Source: Chloroflexota bacterium (GTDB taxonomy: Bacteria; Chloroflexota; Dehalococcoidia; UBA2979). Taken from it: DNA of 64,000 nt. Under the pieces are notes generated by a model. The model ran no database searches. It worked only from the letters and a program-made list of their open reading frames with translations, and had not been told where the DNA came from. Position numbers and translations under genes: made by a program. The stretch covers positions 1-64,000 of the forward strand of contig JAQCIU010000005.1 of the NCBI GenBank assembly GCA_027593235.1, in the 5' to 3' direction. This document shows, piece after piece, positions 51,988 to 62,184 of this stretch; the first letter of the stretch is position 1; each line of letters starts with the position of its first letter.

Positions 51988-53661
51988 ATGGCCTACGATC
52001 CCCGACAACACAGCGCCACCCTCGTCGATGGCCCCGACCGCGCACCCGCGCGGGCGATGCTCAAGTCGATCGGCTACACCAGCGACGACCTGAAGAAGCC
52101 GCTGGTCATGGTCGCCCATGAGTGGATCGGCACTATGCCCTGCAACTTCAGCCAGCGCGCGCTCGCGCAGCGCGTGATGCAGGGCGTCCGCGAGGCCGGC
52201 GGCACCCCCATGGAGGTGAACACCGTCTCGATCAGCGATGGCGTCACGATGGGTACCGAGGGCATGAAAGCCTCCCTGATCAGCCGCGAGCTGATCGCCG
52301 ATTCGATCGAGCTCTGCGGCGTCGGCTATGCCTTCGACGCGGTCGTCGTGATCGTCGGCTGCGATAAGACGATTCCCGCCGGCGCGATGGCGCTCGCGCG
52401 GCTGAACATCCCCGGCATCGTCCTCTACTCCGGCTCGATCGCACCCGGCCGCTTCCAGGATCACGACGTCACGATCCAGGACGTGTTCGAGGGCGTCGGC
52501 CAGCACGCCGCGGGCAACATGAGCGACGAGGACCTCGAAGCGCTGGAAAACGTGGCCTGCCCCGCGGCGGGTGCGTGCGGCGCTCAGTACACCGCCAACA
52601 CGATGGCGACCGTCCTCGAGTTCTGCGGAATCTCCCCGCTCGGCAGCGCGACGAGCGGTGCGACCGACCCGCGGAAGGAAGACGTCGGCGTCGCCACCGG
52701 CAAGCTCGTGATGGACGTCCTCAAGCGCGGCCAGCTCCCGCGCGACATCCTCACCCGCGAGGCGATCGAGAACGGCATCATGTGCGCCGCCGCCACCGGC
52801 GGATCCACCAATGCCGTCCTTCACCTGCTCGCCATCGCCTCCGAGGCAGGCGTGGAACTCAACATCGATGACTTCGACAGCGTCAGCGAACGTACCCCGC
52901 TGATCGGCGACCTCCGCCCCGGCGGCCAGTACGTGGCGCTCGACTGGGATGCCGCCGGCGGCACGCCGCTGCTCGCGCAGCGCTTGCTCGAGGCCGGCCT
53001 GCTCCACGGCAACGTGATGACCGTCACCGGCAAGACGATCGCCGAGGAGGCTGCGGCCGCCGTCGAGACCCCCGGCCAGCAAGTCATCCGGCCGCTCAGC
53101 AACCCGCTGAAGGCGACCGGCGGGCTCGTTATCCTCAAGGGCTCGCTCGCTCCCGAGGGCTGCGTGATCAAGGTCGCCGGACACGAGCGCATGACCCACC
53201 GCGGGCCGGCCCGCATCTTCGAGCGCGAGGAAGACTCGATGGACGCCGTGCTCGCCGGGCAGATCAAGGACGGCGACGTCGTCGTGATCCGTAACGAGGG
53301 CCCGAAGGGTGGCCCCGGGATGCGCGAGATGCTGGGCGTCACCGCCGCGCTGGTCGGCGAGGGTCTCGGCGAGACCGTGGCCCTGCTCACCGACGGCCGC
53401 TTCTCCGGCGCGACCCGCGGCCTGATGGCTGGCCATGTCGCTCCCGAGGCCGCCGACGGCGGACCGATTGCGCTCGTCCACGAGGGCGACATGATCTCCT
53501 TCGACATCCCGAACCGCCTGCTCAACCTCGAGGTCGCCGACGAGGAACTGGCCTCGCGCCGCGCGAACTGGACGCCGAACCCGCCGAACTACGAGCGCGG
53601 CGTCTTCGCCAAGTACGCGAAGCTCGTCTCCGGCGCCGAACTCGGCGCGATCACGCGGTAG
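51988..53661 (+). CDS. ilvD: Dihydroxy-acid dehydratase
   Basis: PCN, SDG, GCDKT, CGAQYTANTM, GGSTNAVLH, GPGMREML, TDGRFSG. Confidence 0.96.
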   Translation: MAYDPRQHSATLVDGPDRAPARAMLKSIGYTSDDLKKPLVMVAHEWIGTMPCNFSQRALAQRVMQGVREAGGTPMEVNTVSISDGVTMGTEGMKASLISRELIADSIELCGVGYAFDAVVVIVGCDKTIPAGAMALARLNIPGIVLYSGSIAPGRFQDHDVTIQDVFEGVGQHAAGNMSDEDLEALENVACPAAGACGAQYTANTMATVLEFCGISPLGSATSGATDPRKEDVGVATGKLVMDVLKRGQLPRDILTREAIENGIMCAAATGGSTNAVLHLLAIASEAGVELNIDDFDSVSERTPLIGDLRPGGQYVALDWDAAGGTPLLAQRLLEAGLLHGNVMTVTGKTIAEEAAAAVETPGQQVIRPLSNPLKATGGLVILKGSLAPEGCVIKVAGHERMTHRGPARIFEREEDSMDAVLAGQIKDGDVVVIRNEGPKGGPGMREMLGVTAALVGEGLGETVALLTDGRFSGATRGLMAGHVAPEAADGGPIALVHEGDMISFDIPNRLLNLEVADEELASRRANWTPNPPNYERGVFAKYAKLVSGAELGAITR

Positions 53662-53698
53662 GCCGCCGAGCCGGCGGCGGGTCGCGCGGAGCGTATCG

Positions 53699-54577
53699 AT
53701 GATCCTCGTCGTCGGCGGTAGTCGCTGGAGCGGCCGCGCCTTGCTCCCCGCGCTCGAGGGCCGCCCGCTGCGCACGCTGGTGAGCAGCGAGTTCGACGCC
53801 GTTCGCTATCGCGATCAGGGCATCGAGGCTGTCGCCGGTGACGTCCTCGAGGGCCGCGGGCTGGACACCGCGATGCGCGGCGTGCGCACGCTCGTCTACC
53901 TCGATCACGTCATGGACCAACCGGGCGACCCGGTCGCGAACGAACTCGAGGCCGTGCAGAACGCGCTGATCGCCGCGCGTGGCGCCGGGGTCGAGCGGGT
54001 GATCTTCCTCAGCCATGTGGCCGCCTCGGAAGAGGCGAGTGCGCGGCAGCTCGTCGCCCGCTGGGCCGCGGAGCTGGCGGTGCGGCAGTCCGAACTCGGC
54101 TGGGTCGTGCTGCGTACCCCGCTGGTCGTCGGCCGCGGCGCCGAGCCGTTCGAGGCGCTGTGTCGCACCGTCGATCGCCTCCCCGTCGTCCCGCTCTTCC
54201 GCTGGCGGCGCACCGAGGTCGAACCGGTCGCCGTCGGCGACGTGCTCGAAGCCATCCGGATCGCGATCGACGACGAGGAAATCCGCGAGCGCTCGTTCGA
54301 CATCTGCGGACCGGACCGTGTCCGCGTCGCGGACGTGGTGCGCGGCTGGGGCACTGCGAGCGGCAAGCGCCGCGCCTACCTCGCGGTGCCGGGCTGGGGC
54401 GAGCGTTTCGGCGAACAACTCGCCTGGACCGCGGCGCGTCTGCCGCGGCGCGAGACCCGCCTCGCCCTCGAAACACTGCGCGAGCGCCAGGTCTGCACCG
54501 ACCCCTCGCGCCGCTTCCCGCTCCCCCACCGCCCGCTCGGCTACCTCGCCGCGCTGGCGCAGGCGGCGAGTAGCTAG
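53699..54577 (+). CDS. Atypical SDR/NAD(P)H-binding protein
   Basis: MILVVGG Rossmann start, GVERVIFLS, WVVLR, EPVAVGDV. Confidence 0.75.
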   Translation: MILVVGGSRWSGRALLPALEGRPLRTLVSSEFDAVRYRDQGIEAVAGDVLEGRGLDTAMRGVRTLVYLDHVMDQPGDPVANELEAVQNALIAARGAGVERVIFLSHVAASEEASARQLVARWAAELAVRQSELGWVVLRTPLVVGRGAEPFEALCRTVDRLPVVPLFRWRRTEVEPVAVGDVLEAIRIAIDDEEIRERSFDICGPDRVRVADVVRGWGTASGKRRAYLAVPGWGERFGEQLAWTAARLPRRETRLALETLRERQVCTDPSRRFPLPHRPLGYLAALAQAASS

Positions 54578-54652
54578 GACCGCCGGCAGTCCGCGAGCGC
54601 GCCCCCGTCAGCCCCGAATATCAGACCAATGACCGCAGACGGACGCGAAGCG

Positions 54653-55501
54653 TCAAAGCGGAATCGAAGACTCCTCCATGAGGCCGCGCCAGGCCGCGTC
54701 GGCGAAGCCGCCATCGAGGTAGACCGTCTGCCCGACGAGCATCGGCGCCTCGTCGGAGCAGAGCCACGCGACCGTGGCGGCGATGTCCTCGGGGGCGACG
54801 TTGCGGCCGGCGGGCACGTGCGGCCGGACCTTGTTCGCGACGTCCACCTGGTAGGTGCGATCGCCCTCGGAGCCCTCAACCCAGCCGGCGGAGACGGCGT
54901 TGACGCGGATCCCGAGCGAGGCGAGTTCGACAGCGAGGTACATCGTCAGCGATGACAGCGCAGCCTTGCTGACGCCCACCGCGGCGTAGTCCTTCATGTA
55001 GTGCGTCGCGCCGGGCGAGAGCAGGTTAACGACCGTGCCGCCACCGCGCGACTCGATCAGCGGTGCGGCGAGCTGGACGGCGAGCCACGGGCCGAAGACG
55101 TTGACGTCCATCGCGCGGTGCAGATGGCCCTGGCGTTGCTGTAGCGCCGGGCGGGGACGTTCGAGGCCGCGCGCGGCGTTGTTGATGAAGATGTCGATGC
55201 CGGGCGCGCCGCCACCGGGGCTCCAGCCCTCGAGGTGATGGAACAGCGCGCGGACCTCGTCCTCGTTACCGACGTCAGCCTTCCAGGCCGTGGCCTCGAC
55301 TCCGAGGGCGCGACAGGCCTCGGCGGTCTCGTCCGCGGCAGCGGCAGAGCGCGCGTAGGTCACGGCGACGTGCGCGCCCTCGCGGGCGAGGCGGAGCGCG
55401 ATCGCGCGACCGATGCCGCGCGAGCCACCGCTGATCACGGCGCGCTTGTCGCGGAGCGATTCATAGACGGGACCGCGGTCAGGCGGCGGTGGGTTAGGCA
55501 T
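54653..55501 (-). CDS. SDR, FabL-like enoyl-ACP reductase
   Basis: SGGSRGIG, NNAA, Y-x6-K (YAAVGVSK), YLAVELA. Confidence 0.8.
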   Translation of the reverse strand: MPNPPPPDRGPVYESLRDKRAVISGGSRGIGRAIALRLAREGAHVAVTYARSAAAADETAEACRALGVEATAWKADVGNEDEVRALFHHLEGWSPGGGAPGIDIFINNAARGLERPRPALQQRQGHLHRAMDVNVFGPWLAVQLAAPLIESRGGGTVVNLLSPGATHYMKDYAAVGVSKAALSSLTMYLAVELASLGIRVNAVSAGWVEGSEGDRTYQVDVANKVRPHVPAGRNVAPEDIAATVAWLCSDEAPMLVGQTVYLDGGFADAAWRGLMEESSIPL

Positions 55502-55554
55502 TGCGGAAGGTTATCCGGCAGCCGGTCGCTGGCGCGACCGGCACCAGCTCTACG

Positions 55555-56151
55555 TCAGTCGCTGGGACGAACGGCGCGGTGGATGGTGTGAACGCGGCCT
55601 TGCTTCACCTTGTCGTAGTTGCCGAACTGCTCCTGAATTATGCGCTGGATGAACTTCCGCATGCCGCTCAGCGTCACGAGGTAGAGACGACCGCCCGGCC
55701 GCAGCCGCGCCCACGCATCCGCGATGAACAGCGTCGTCAGTTCGTTGCCGATCTTCGCCGGCAGGTTCGTCGCCACGAGGTCGAAGCGGCGCTCCTCCGG
55801 AACGCCCGTGACGCCGTTCGAGGGCAGCACCTCGGCGTTGGTCAGGCCGTTGAGCGCGACGTTCGCCCGCGCGTAGTCGAGCGCGACGAGGTCCTTGTCG
55901 ACGAGCAGCGTCTGCCCCTCAGGTGCGAGTCGCGCCAGCGTCACGCCGATCGCGCCGTAGCCGCAGCCGAGATCGAGGCAGTCGTCGCCGGGACGCACCT
56001 CGATGTGATCGAGCAGCAGTCGCGTCCCGGAATCGACCTCGCGAGGTGAGAAGAGACCCCACGTCGAGCGGAAGCTGAGCGACTCGCCTCGGAGGGTGGT
56101 TTGGAACTCGAGGTCGGCGCGCAGCGCGTCGAGCTCGGGGCGGTCGGTCAT
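55555..56151 (-). CDS. Class I SAM methyltransferase, RsmC/MTS family
   Basis: GLFSPREVDSGTRLL, LDLGCGYG, TNLP. Confidence 0.88.
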   Translation of the reverse strand: MTDRPELDALRADLEFQTTLRGESLSFRSTWGLFSPREVDSGTRLLLDHIEVRPGDDCLDLGCGYGAIGVTLARLAPEGQTLLVDKDLVALDYARANVALNGLTNAEVLPSNGVTGVPEERRFDLVATNLPAKIGNELTTLFIADAWARLRPGGRLYLVTLSGMRKFIQRIIQEQFGNYDKVKQGRVHTIHRAVRPSD

Positions 56152-56154
56152 CGG

Positions 56155-56646
56155 TCAGGCCGGCGGCGGGGCGGGTTGGAGATGGTGCGGGCCCTTCGCG
56201 GGCTCGATCAGCACACCGACAGCCCACTCGTATCCATCCGAGTCGCGGACACAGACCTCGCGCCAGCCGTGGCCCTTGTTCGCGGTCGGCACGGAGACCG
56301 TGGCGCCGTGCCGTCGCGCGCGCTCCTCGGTCGCGTCGGGGTCGATCCCAAGGAGGCGGAGCTGGGCGCCGACGCCGCGCGTTGCACCCTCGGCGATGTC
56401 GCCAATCCAGGGGTGGTCGCTGTGCGTGTGATCGGCGTGCAGCATCACCTCGGCGGCCCCAACGCGCAGCGCCGCGAAGTCGATGTCGACGTAGTGGATC
56501 TCCGCCTCAAGCACGTCGCGGTAGAAGGCCACCGCGTGCTCGGTGTCCGCCACGATCAGGTTGAGCGAGAACGACGGCAGCAGCTCGCCGTAGCGAAAGC
56601 CCGGCATCCACGGGACCATGCCGTCCGGCCGCTTGCGAGTGCCCAT
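56155..56646 (-). CDS. VOC/glyoxalase family protein
   Basis: AVAFYRDVL, HGWREVCVRDSDGYEW. Confidence 0.82.
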   Translation of the reverse strand: MGTRKRPDGMVPWMPGFRYGELLPSFSLNLIVADTEHAVAFYRDVLEAEIHYVDIDFAALRVGAAEVMLHADHTHSDHPWIGDIAEGATRGVGAQLRLLGIDPDATEERARRHGATVSVPTANKGHGWREVCVRDSDGYEWAVGVLIEPAKGPHHLQPAPPPA

Positions 56647-56673
56647 GGCAGCCTCCTCGATCGCGTCGAGGAG

Positions 56674-57981
56674 TTAGGCGACGCCCTCGGCGACTCGCGC
56701 GCACGCAACCGCGAGGCGGCGCGCCGCCTCCGGGATGTCGTCCAGCGCTACCCAGGAGAAGGCGAGGCGGATGTGCTCGCCCGGGTCCTGGTGGTCGGCG
56801 AAGAACGCGTGCCCGATCGGGAAGTTCACGCCCTGCATCACCGCTTCGCGCTGCACATCGCGGGCAGTCAGCCCGTTCTGCAGCGTTGCCCAGAGGAAGA
56901 AGCCACCCTCGGGCTTGCGGAAGGACATGTACGGTTCGCAGTACTCGTGGAGCGCGGAGGTCAGCGCGTTCAGCTTCTGGGAGTAGACCTTGCGCATCTG
57001 CTCGATGTGCTCGTCCAGGCGCCCGTCTTCCATGAAGTTGTAGATCATGTGGTGCAGCAGCGGGCTGTTGCCCATCTCGAACCGCATCCGCATGACCCGA
57101 TCGATCACCGCGGGCTCAGCGTGCACCCAGCCGACACGCAGGCCGGTCGCCATGATTTTCGAGAAGGTGCTGACCGTGATCACGCCCTGGACGTTCGCCA
57201 GCTCGGAGAGGGTGATCGGACGGTCGTCGGAGTAGAAGAACTCGCCGTACGCGTCGTCATCGACAATCAATGCGCCGTGCTTCGCGGCCAGGCGCAGCAA
57301 CTCGTAGCGCCGCGCCAGCGACATCGAGGTGCCAGCCGGGTTGTGGAAGTTGCTGATCGTGTAGATCAGCTTCGCGCGCTTGCCCTGCGACTCGAGGTCG
57401 GCGAGCACCCGCGCCAGCTCCGTGGTGTCGAGGCCTTCCTCGTCCATGCCAACGGAGATGATGTTGGCCTGGCGACCCTTGAAGGTGCGGAGCGTGCCGG
57501 AGAACGTCGGCGCCTCGGAGATGACGGTGTCGCCCGGCGACAGGAACGCGGCGCAGACCAGGTCGATCGCGCCGGCACTGCCGTTGGTGAGCAGGAAATG
57601 CTCCGCCGTCACCGGCACGTGGCGGTCGCGGGTATAGCGCTGGGCCAGCGCGTCACGCAGCGGCTCGTAGCCGACCCCACCGCCGTAGCGAAGTGGGGTG
57701 TCGTCCGGCACGTCCAGCGCACGATCCATCGCGGCGAGCAGTTCCGCACGAGGCAGGGTGTCCGGATCGGGAATACCGCCGCCGAGGCTAATCGGCGTGA
57801 CCGGCGACTGAATCGTCGCCGGCATTCCCCAGTCGGTAGCGGAACCGGCGGTTAGGTACTTCACGGCGTCGCTGGTGAGCTCGTCCAGGTCGTGCTCAGC
57901 CCAGAGACGCCCCAGCTCTTCGACGATGGTGTCGGCAACCGGTTCGACCGTCACGGCGAATTCCCTACTTCTAGCAAGCAT
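56674..57981 (-). CDS. PLP-dependent class I aminotransferase (LysN/ARO8-like)
   Basis: GGIPD, NFHNPAG, DDAY, TFSK, LRVGW, GGFF; true start may be GTG 57954. Confidence 0.9.
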   Translation of the reverse strand: MLARSREFAVTVEPVADTIVEELGRLWAEHDLDELTSDAVKYLTAGSATDWGMPATIQSPVTPISLGGGIPDPDTLPRAELLAAMDRALDVPDDTPLRYGGGVGYEPLRDALAQRYTRDRHVPVTAEHFLLTNGSAGAIDLVCAAFLSPGDTVISEAPTFSGTLRTFKGRQANIISVGMDEEGLDTTELARVLADLESQGKRAKLIYTISNFHNPAGTSMSLARRYELLRLAAKHGALIVDDDAYGEFFYSDDRPITLSELANVQGVITVSTFSKIMATGLRVGWVHAEPAVIDRVMRMRFEMGNSPLLHHMIYNFMEDGRLDEHIEQMRKVYSQKLNALTSALHEYCEPYMSFRKPEGGFFLWATLQNGLTARDVQREAVMQGVNFPIGHAFFADHQDPGEHIRLAFSWVALDDIPEAARRLAVACARVAEGVA

Positions 57982-58071
57982 GGATGGGGATCAAGACGTA
58001 ACGCCCCGATACGGGACGTTATCCGGATATCGTATGGCGTCCGGTTCCGCAGCAGCAAGCAGGATCTTCAC

Positions 58072-59304
58072 TTACCGCCCGCTTTCGGCAACCGCCGCCA
58101 TCGCTTCGCCCAGCCGGGCGATCGCCGCTTGCAGGTCGGCCGGCGGCAGCGCGGAGTAGACGAGGCGTAACGCGCGCTCGCCGCCCCCGGTCGCGAAGTA
58201 GCTGGGGCCGGGGGTCACGGCGACCTCCCGCTCGGCAGCGGCGGCGGCGACGGCTGCCGCCGTGAGCGGCTCGTTGAGCTGCAACCAGAGGAAGAAGCCG
58301 CCCGCGGGGAGCTCGAACCGCACGTACGGCTCGGCGTACTCGCGCAGCGCCGAGGCCGCCGCGTCGCGCCGTTCGCGGTAGATCGATTGCAGCCGGCCCA
58401 CGTGCTCGGCGTACTGCGGCGTCTCCAGGAAGTGGAGCACCACGCGGTGCAGGAACGGCGAGGCGCCGTTGTCGAAGCGCATGTGCACCAGCGCGGCCAC
58501 GACGTGTGGCTCCGCGAGGATCCACGCCACCCGCAAACCGCTCGCGACGGTCTTCGAGAACGTCCCCAGCCGCAGCACCCCGCGGCCCTCGGCGACGGCA
58601 AACATCGAGGGCGGCGGGACCCCGTCGATATCGAGTCCGGCGTAGGCGTCGTCCTCGACGATCAGGACGCCGTGCTCGTGGGCCATCCGCACGATCGCCT
58701 GGCGGCGCTCCAGCGGCAGCGTCGCGCCGGTCGGGTTGTCGTAGTTCGGCACGACGTAGATCAGCTTGACGCGCGCACCCTCGCCGCGAAGCGCGTCCAA
58801 GGTCGATGCGAGCGCGTCGGGATCGAGGCCGTCGCGGTCTTGCGGGACGGTCACCACGCGCGCACCACGCGCGCGGAACGTGCGAATCGCCCCCGGGTAC
58901 GTCGGCGCGCCGAGGATCACCGTGTCGCCCTCGGCGAGGAAGGTGAGCGCCACGTTCTGCAGCCCGTGCGCCGATCCCGAGGTCAGCGTCACCGTGTCCG
59001 AACGGAGCGCGAGGCCGGCGCGAACGCCCTCGGTGCGGGCGATCCACGCGCGCAGCGGTTCGAAGCCCTGCTGGCCGCCGTACGTCAGCGCGGCGCCGGG
59101 GTCTGCTTCCAGCACGGCGACCGCCGCCGCGGCCAGCGAGCTGGCCGGGAGCGAGGCGCGGTCGGGCACGCCGGCGTTCAGGTCGTAGCGCAGCGGGGAG
59201 AGCGAGGTGTTCCTCGGTAGCTCGCGCACAATCGGCGCAAGCAGGCGATCGAGCGGCGTCGCGCCCGGATCCGCGCTCGAAAAGGCAGGCTCCTGATCGC
59301 CCAT
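58072..59304 (-). CDS. PLP-dependent class I aminotransferase (LysN/ARO8-like), second paralog
   Basis: AGVPD, NYDNPTG, EDDAY, TFSK, GGFF. Confidence 0.9.
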   Translation of the reverse strand: MGDQEPAFSSADPGATPLDRLLAPIVRELPRNTSLSPLRYDLNAGVPDRASLPASSLAAAAVAVLEADPGAALTYGGQQGFEPLRAWIARTEGVRAGLALRSDTVTLTSGSAHGLQNVALTFLAEGDTVILGAPTYPGAIRTFRARGARVVTVPQDRDGLDPDALASTLDALRGEGARVKLIYVVPNYDNPTGATLPLERRQAIVRMAHEHGVLIVEDDAYAGLDIDGVPPPSMFAVAEGRGVLRLGTFSKTVASGLRVAWILAEPHVVAALVHMRFDNGASPFLHRVVLHFLETPQYAEHVGRLQSIYRERRDAAASALREYAEPYVRFELPAGGFFLWLQLNEPLTAAAVAAAAAEREVAVTPGPSYFATGGGERALRLVYSALPPADLQAAIARLGEAMAAVAESGR

Positions 59305-59481
59305 GGTCGCGCCAGACTACGGGTGACCGAAGTCGGTCACAAGCACAACCACGCGATCCCGGCGGCCACCGTGGCGTCCGTTCGCATTCAGCGTCCCTGC
59401 TTCACATACTGCGGAAACGTCATCCGCCGGCGACGCGTTATCGCGCGCGACACGAGCCGGCTCGAGGAGAGGAGCGTCGCA

Positions 59482-60753
59482 ATGGCCTCAGGACCGTTGG
59501 TCGGTGTGAGGGTGCTGGAGTTCACGCAGATCCTCGCGGGCCCCTATGCCTGCGCGCAGCTCGCGGATATGGGCGCCGAGGTGATCAAGGTTGAGCCGCC
59601 CGGCGGCGAACCGTGGCGCCTCTCCCAGCAGTACATGCCCGGCGAGTCGAAGTGGTTCCACCAGCTCAACCGCGGCAAGCGCTCGCTCGTCCTCAAGCTC
59701 GACGATCCAGACGCGCAGGAGATCGTCCGTCGCTTGGTCCCGGACATGGATGTGGTCGTGATCAACTACCGCCCGGACGTCGCCGCGCGGTTGAAGATCG
59801 ACTACGACTCACTGAGCGCGCTCAACGAACGGCTGATCTACGTCGACAACACCGCATTCGGGCGGAAGGGCCCGTGGTCGCACCGCCCCGGCTACGACAT
59901 CGTGGCGCAGGCCGCCTCCGGCTTGATGGCGGGCGAAGGGAAACTGCGCGACGGTCAGCCGGTCCTCATCCAGTCGACGTCCCTCGCTGACTACTCCACC
60001 GGGCTCGCGATGGCGATGGGGGTCTGCGGCGCGCTCTACAACCGCGAACGAACCGGCAAGGGCGAATACATCGAAAGCACGCTGCTGCGCACCGCGCTCC
60101 AGTACCAGATGGAGCGCGTGATGCGTGTCCCCGCGGCGGACGCAGTGAACGAGGCGCGCATGGCGAACGTCCACGCGCTACGCGATGGCGGCGCAACCTA
60201 CCCCGAACTCCTCGAGGCCTACGACCCGCGCAAGGTCGCTTCCGCGGTCAACGCCGTCTACCGCGCATACGCGACGAAGGACGGGGCGCTGGCGATCGGT
60301 GCGCTCTCCGCCTCGCTGCGCGCGAAGGTGCGGAAGGCGATCGGCTTCGACTTCCTCGGTACCGACGACCCCGAGTTCGATCTCCAGAACGCCGAGTGGG
60401 TTGAGCGCGGCGCCGAGGCCGTCCGCGCGATCGAGGAGAAGATGAAGACGAAGACCAGCGCGGAGTGGATGGAGATCTTCGATCGCGAAGGCGTCCCGGC
60501 CAGCCCCGTGCATTTCGCCGAGGACCTCCCCGACAACCCACAGGTGATCGAGAACGAGCTGATGGTTGAGCTCGATCACGAACTCTCCGGGCCGGAGTGG
60601 CAGGTCGGGCCGATCGTTTCGTTCCGCAACTCGCCGCTACAGGCGCAGGGCGCATCGCCCCGCCTCGGACGTGATACCGACGACATCGTCGGCAGCGCCG
60701 GCTACAGCGCTGAGGAGATTGCGGCGCTCCACGCCCGCGGCGTGATCGGCTGA
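59482..60753 (+). CDS. Family III CoA-transferase (CaiB/BaiF)
   Basis: GVRVLEFTQILAGP, NRGKRS, PGYD; GAGGAG RBS. Confidence 0.93.
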   Translation: MASGPLVGVRVLEFTQILAGPYACAQLADMGAEVIKVEPPGGEPWRLSQQYMPGESKWFHQLNRGKRSLVLKLDDPDAQEIVRRLVPDMDVVVINYRPDVAARLKIDYDSLSALNERLIYVDNTAFGRKGPWSHRPGYDIVAQAASGLMAGEGKLRDGQPVLIQSTSLADYSTGLAMAMGVCGALYNRERTGKGEYIESTLLRTALQYQMERVMRVPAADAVNEARMANVHALRDGGATYPELLEAYDPRKVASAVNAVYRAYATKDGALAIGALSASLRAKVRKAIGFDFLGTDDPEFDLQNAEWVERGAEAVRAIEEKMKTKTSAEWMEIFDREGVPASPVHFAEDLPDNPQVIENELMVELDHELSGPEWQVGPIVSFRNSPLQAQGASPRLGRDTDDIVGSAGYSAEEIAALHARGVIG

Positions 60754-60836
60754 CCGCGGGCAACAACAGCGACCGAGGACGGCACTCCGATCGCGCATAC
60801 TGAGGCAGCGACCGAGGCAACGAAGGACGGCAACCG

Positions 60837-61592
60837 ATGAGCGACGACGTGCTGGTCACGAGTATCGAGGACGGCATCGGCCGTCTTCGGCTGAACCGCG
60901 CCGACAAGCGCAACGCGATCAACGAACCGCTCTCCCGAGCGATCCAGGCGGCGATGGAGCAGATGGACGCGGATGACCGCGTCCACGTCATCCTGATCGA
61001 AGGCACCGACGGCGCGTTCTGCGCCGGCGCCGACATGGGCGAAGCGCTCGCCGCCTCGGAGGCCGGGGATCGCCGCTTCAATCCGTCGCATGACGCCGCC
61101 GCCCGCGTCGCCTCCTCGGAGAAGCCAACCATCGCGAAGATCGATGGCCCGGCCTACGGCGCCGGTGCGCTGCTGGCGTGCGGCTGCGATCTGCGCGTGA
61201 TGTCCGATCGATCGCGGATGCGCTTTCCCGGGTCGGACTACGGCCTTGTCGTCGGCGCCGCGGCGCTCACCGCGCTCGTCGGCCCCGTCATGGCGAAGGA
61301 ACTGATCTTCACCTCGCGCGTGATCGACGCTGACGAGGCACTCAAGCTCGGGCTCGCCAACCGCGTCGTCCCGGCCGACGCGGTCGAGGCGGAAGCACTC
61401 GCCCTCGCGCAGGCCGTCGCCGCCGCCTCGCCACTCGCCGCCCGCTGGGCGAAGCAGGTCATCAACGCCGCCGCGACCGGCGGCGACGCGCACGGCCTCG
61501 AGGCCCAGGCTGACCTCGTGCTTCGCGGCGGCGCCGATCACATGCAGCGCTTCAGCAAAGCGACCGCTCGCGTCGTCGGACGCTCGAACTAA
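60837..61592 (+). CDS. Enoyl-CoA hydratase/isomerase family protein
   Basis: LNRADKRNA, FCAGADM, KPTIAKIDG. Confidence 0.88.
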   Translation: MSDDVLVTSIEDGIGRLRLNRADKRNAINEPLSRAIQAAMEQMDADDRVHVILIEGTDGAFCAGADMGEALAASEAGDRRFNPSHDAAARVASSEKPTIAKIDGPAYGAGALLACGCDLRVMSDRSRMRFPGSDYGLVVGAAALTALVGPVMAKELIFTSRVIDADEALKLGLANRVVPADAVEAEALALAQAVAAASPLAARWAKQVINAAATGGDAHGLEAQADLVLRGGADHMQRFSKATARVVGRSN

Positions 61593-61624
61593 ACGTCGAG
61601 CCACGGGAACAGAGGAGCACCGCC

Positions 61625-62182
61625 ATGACCGCCGACGCGGCCGAAACACCACCGCCCCCACGCGAACTCACGGAGGAGGAGCAGCGCGTCCGCGGATACC
61701 TGCTTGCCCAGGCGGAGAAGCGCGACTGGATCGAACTCTGGCCCCGAATGATCGCGGAGCGCGGTGCGTTGATGGTCGCGACCGACGGCGTCACCGACGC
61801 GCAGGCGGACTGGTCGCCCGGCGAGGGTGAGTGGACGATCCGCGAGATCGTCGAGCATGTCCTCTCCGTCTCACGGAGCACGCTGCGACTGATCGAGGAC
61901 CTCGCCGCCGGCCGGCCCGAGAGCGACCGCGAGCCCCGACCCGAATCAAAGATGCCCTCCTCCTTCACGCGGCTGATCTCCCACCTGGCGGAGCACTCCG
62001 TCCGGCTCTGCTCCCTGCCCGAGCGGCTACCGCCCTCGACGGACCTCCAGATGACGTCCCCGCATTCGAACTTCGGCGAGCTGAACAGCCGCGGGTGGTT
62101 CCTCTTCAACCGGATCCACGACACCGATCACCGCAAGCAGATCGAAGCGATCCAGGCCGCGGCCGGCTACCCCGGGGCATAG
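61625..62182 (+). CDS. DinB family protein
   Basis: WTIREIVEH...H..FG.L...HDTDH..Q three-His pattern. Confidence 0.85.
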   Translation: MTADAAETPPPPRELTEEEQRVRGYLLAQAEKRDWIELWPRMIAERGALMVATDGVTDAQADWSPGEGEWTIREIVEHVLSVSRSTLRLIEDLAAGRPESDREPRPESKMPSSFTRLISHLAEHSVRLCSLPERLPPSTDLQMTSPHSNFGELNSRGWFLFNRIHDTDHRKQIEAIQAAAGYPGA

Positions 62183-62184
62183 CG

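Noticed and set aside
51886-53775. 629-aa minus-strand ORF
   Set aside because: Antisense shadow of ilvD
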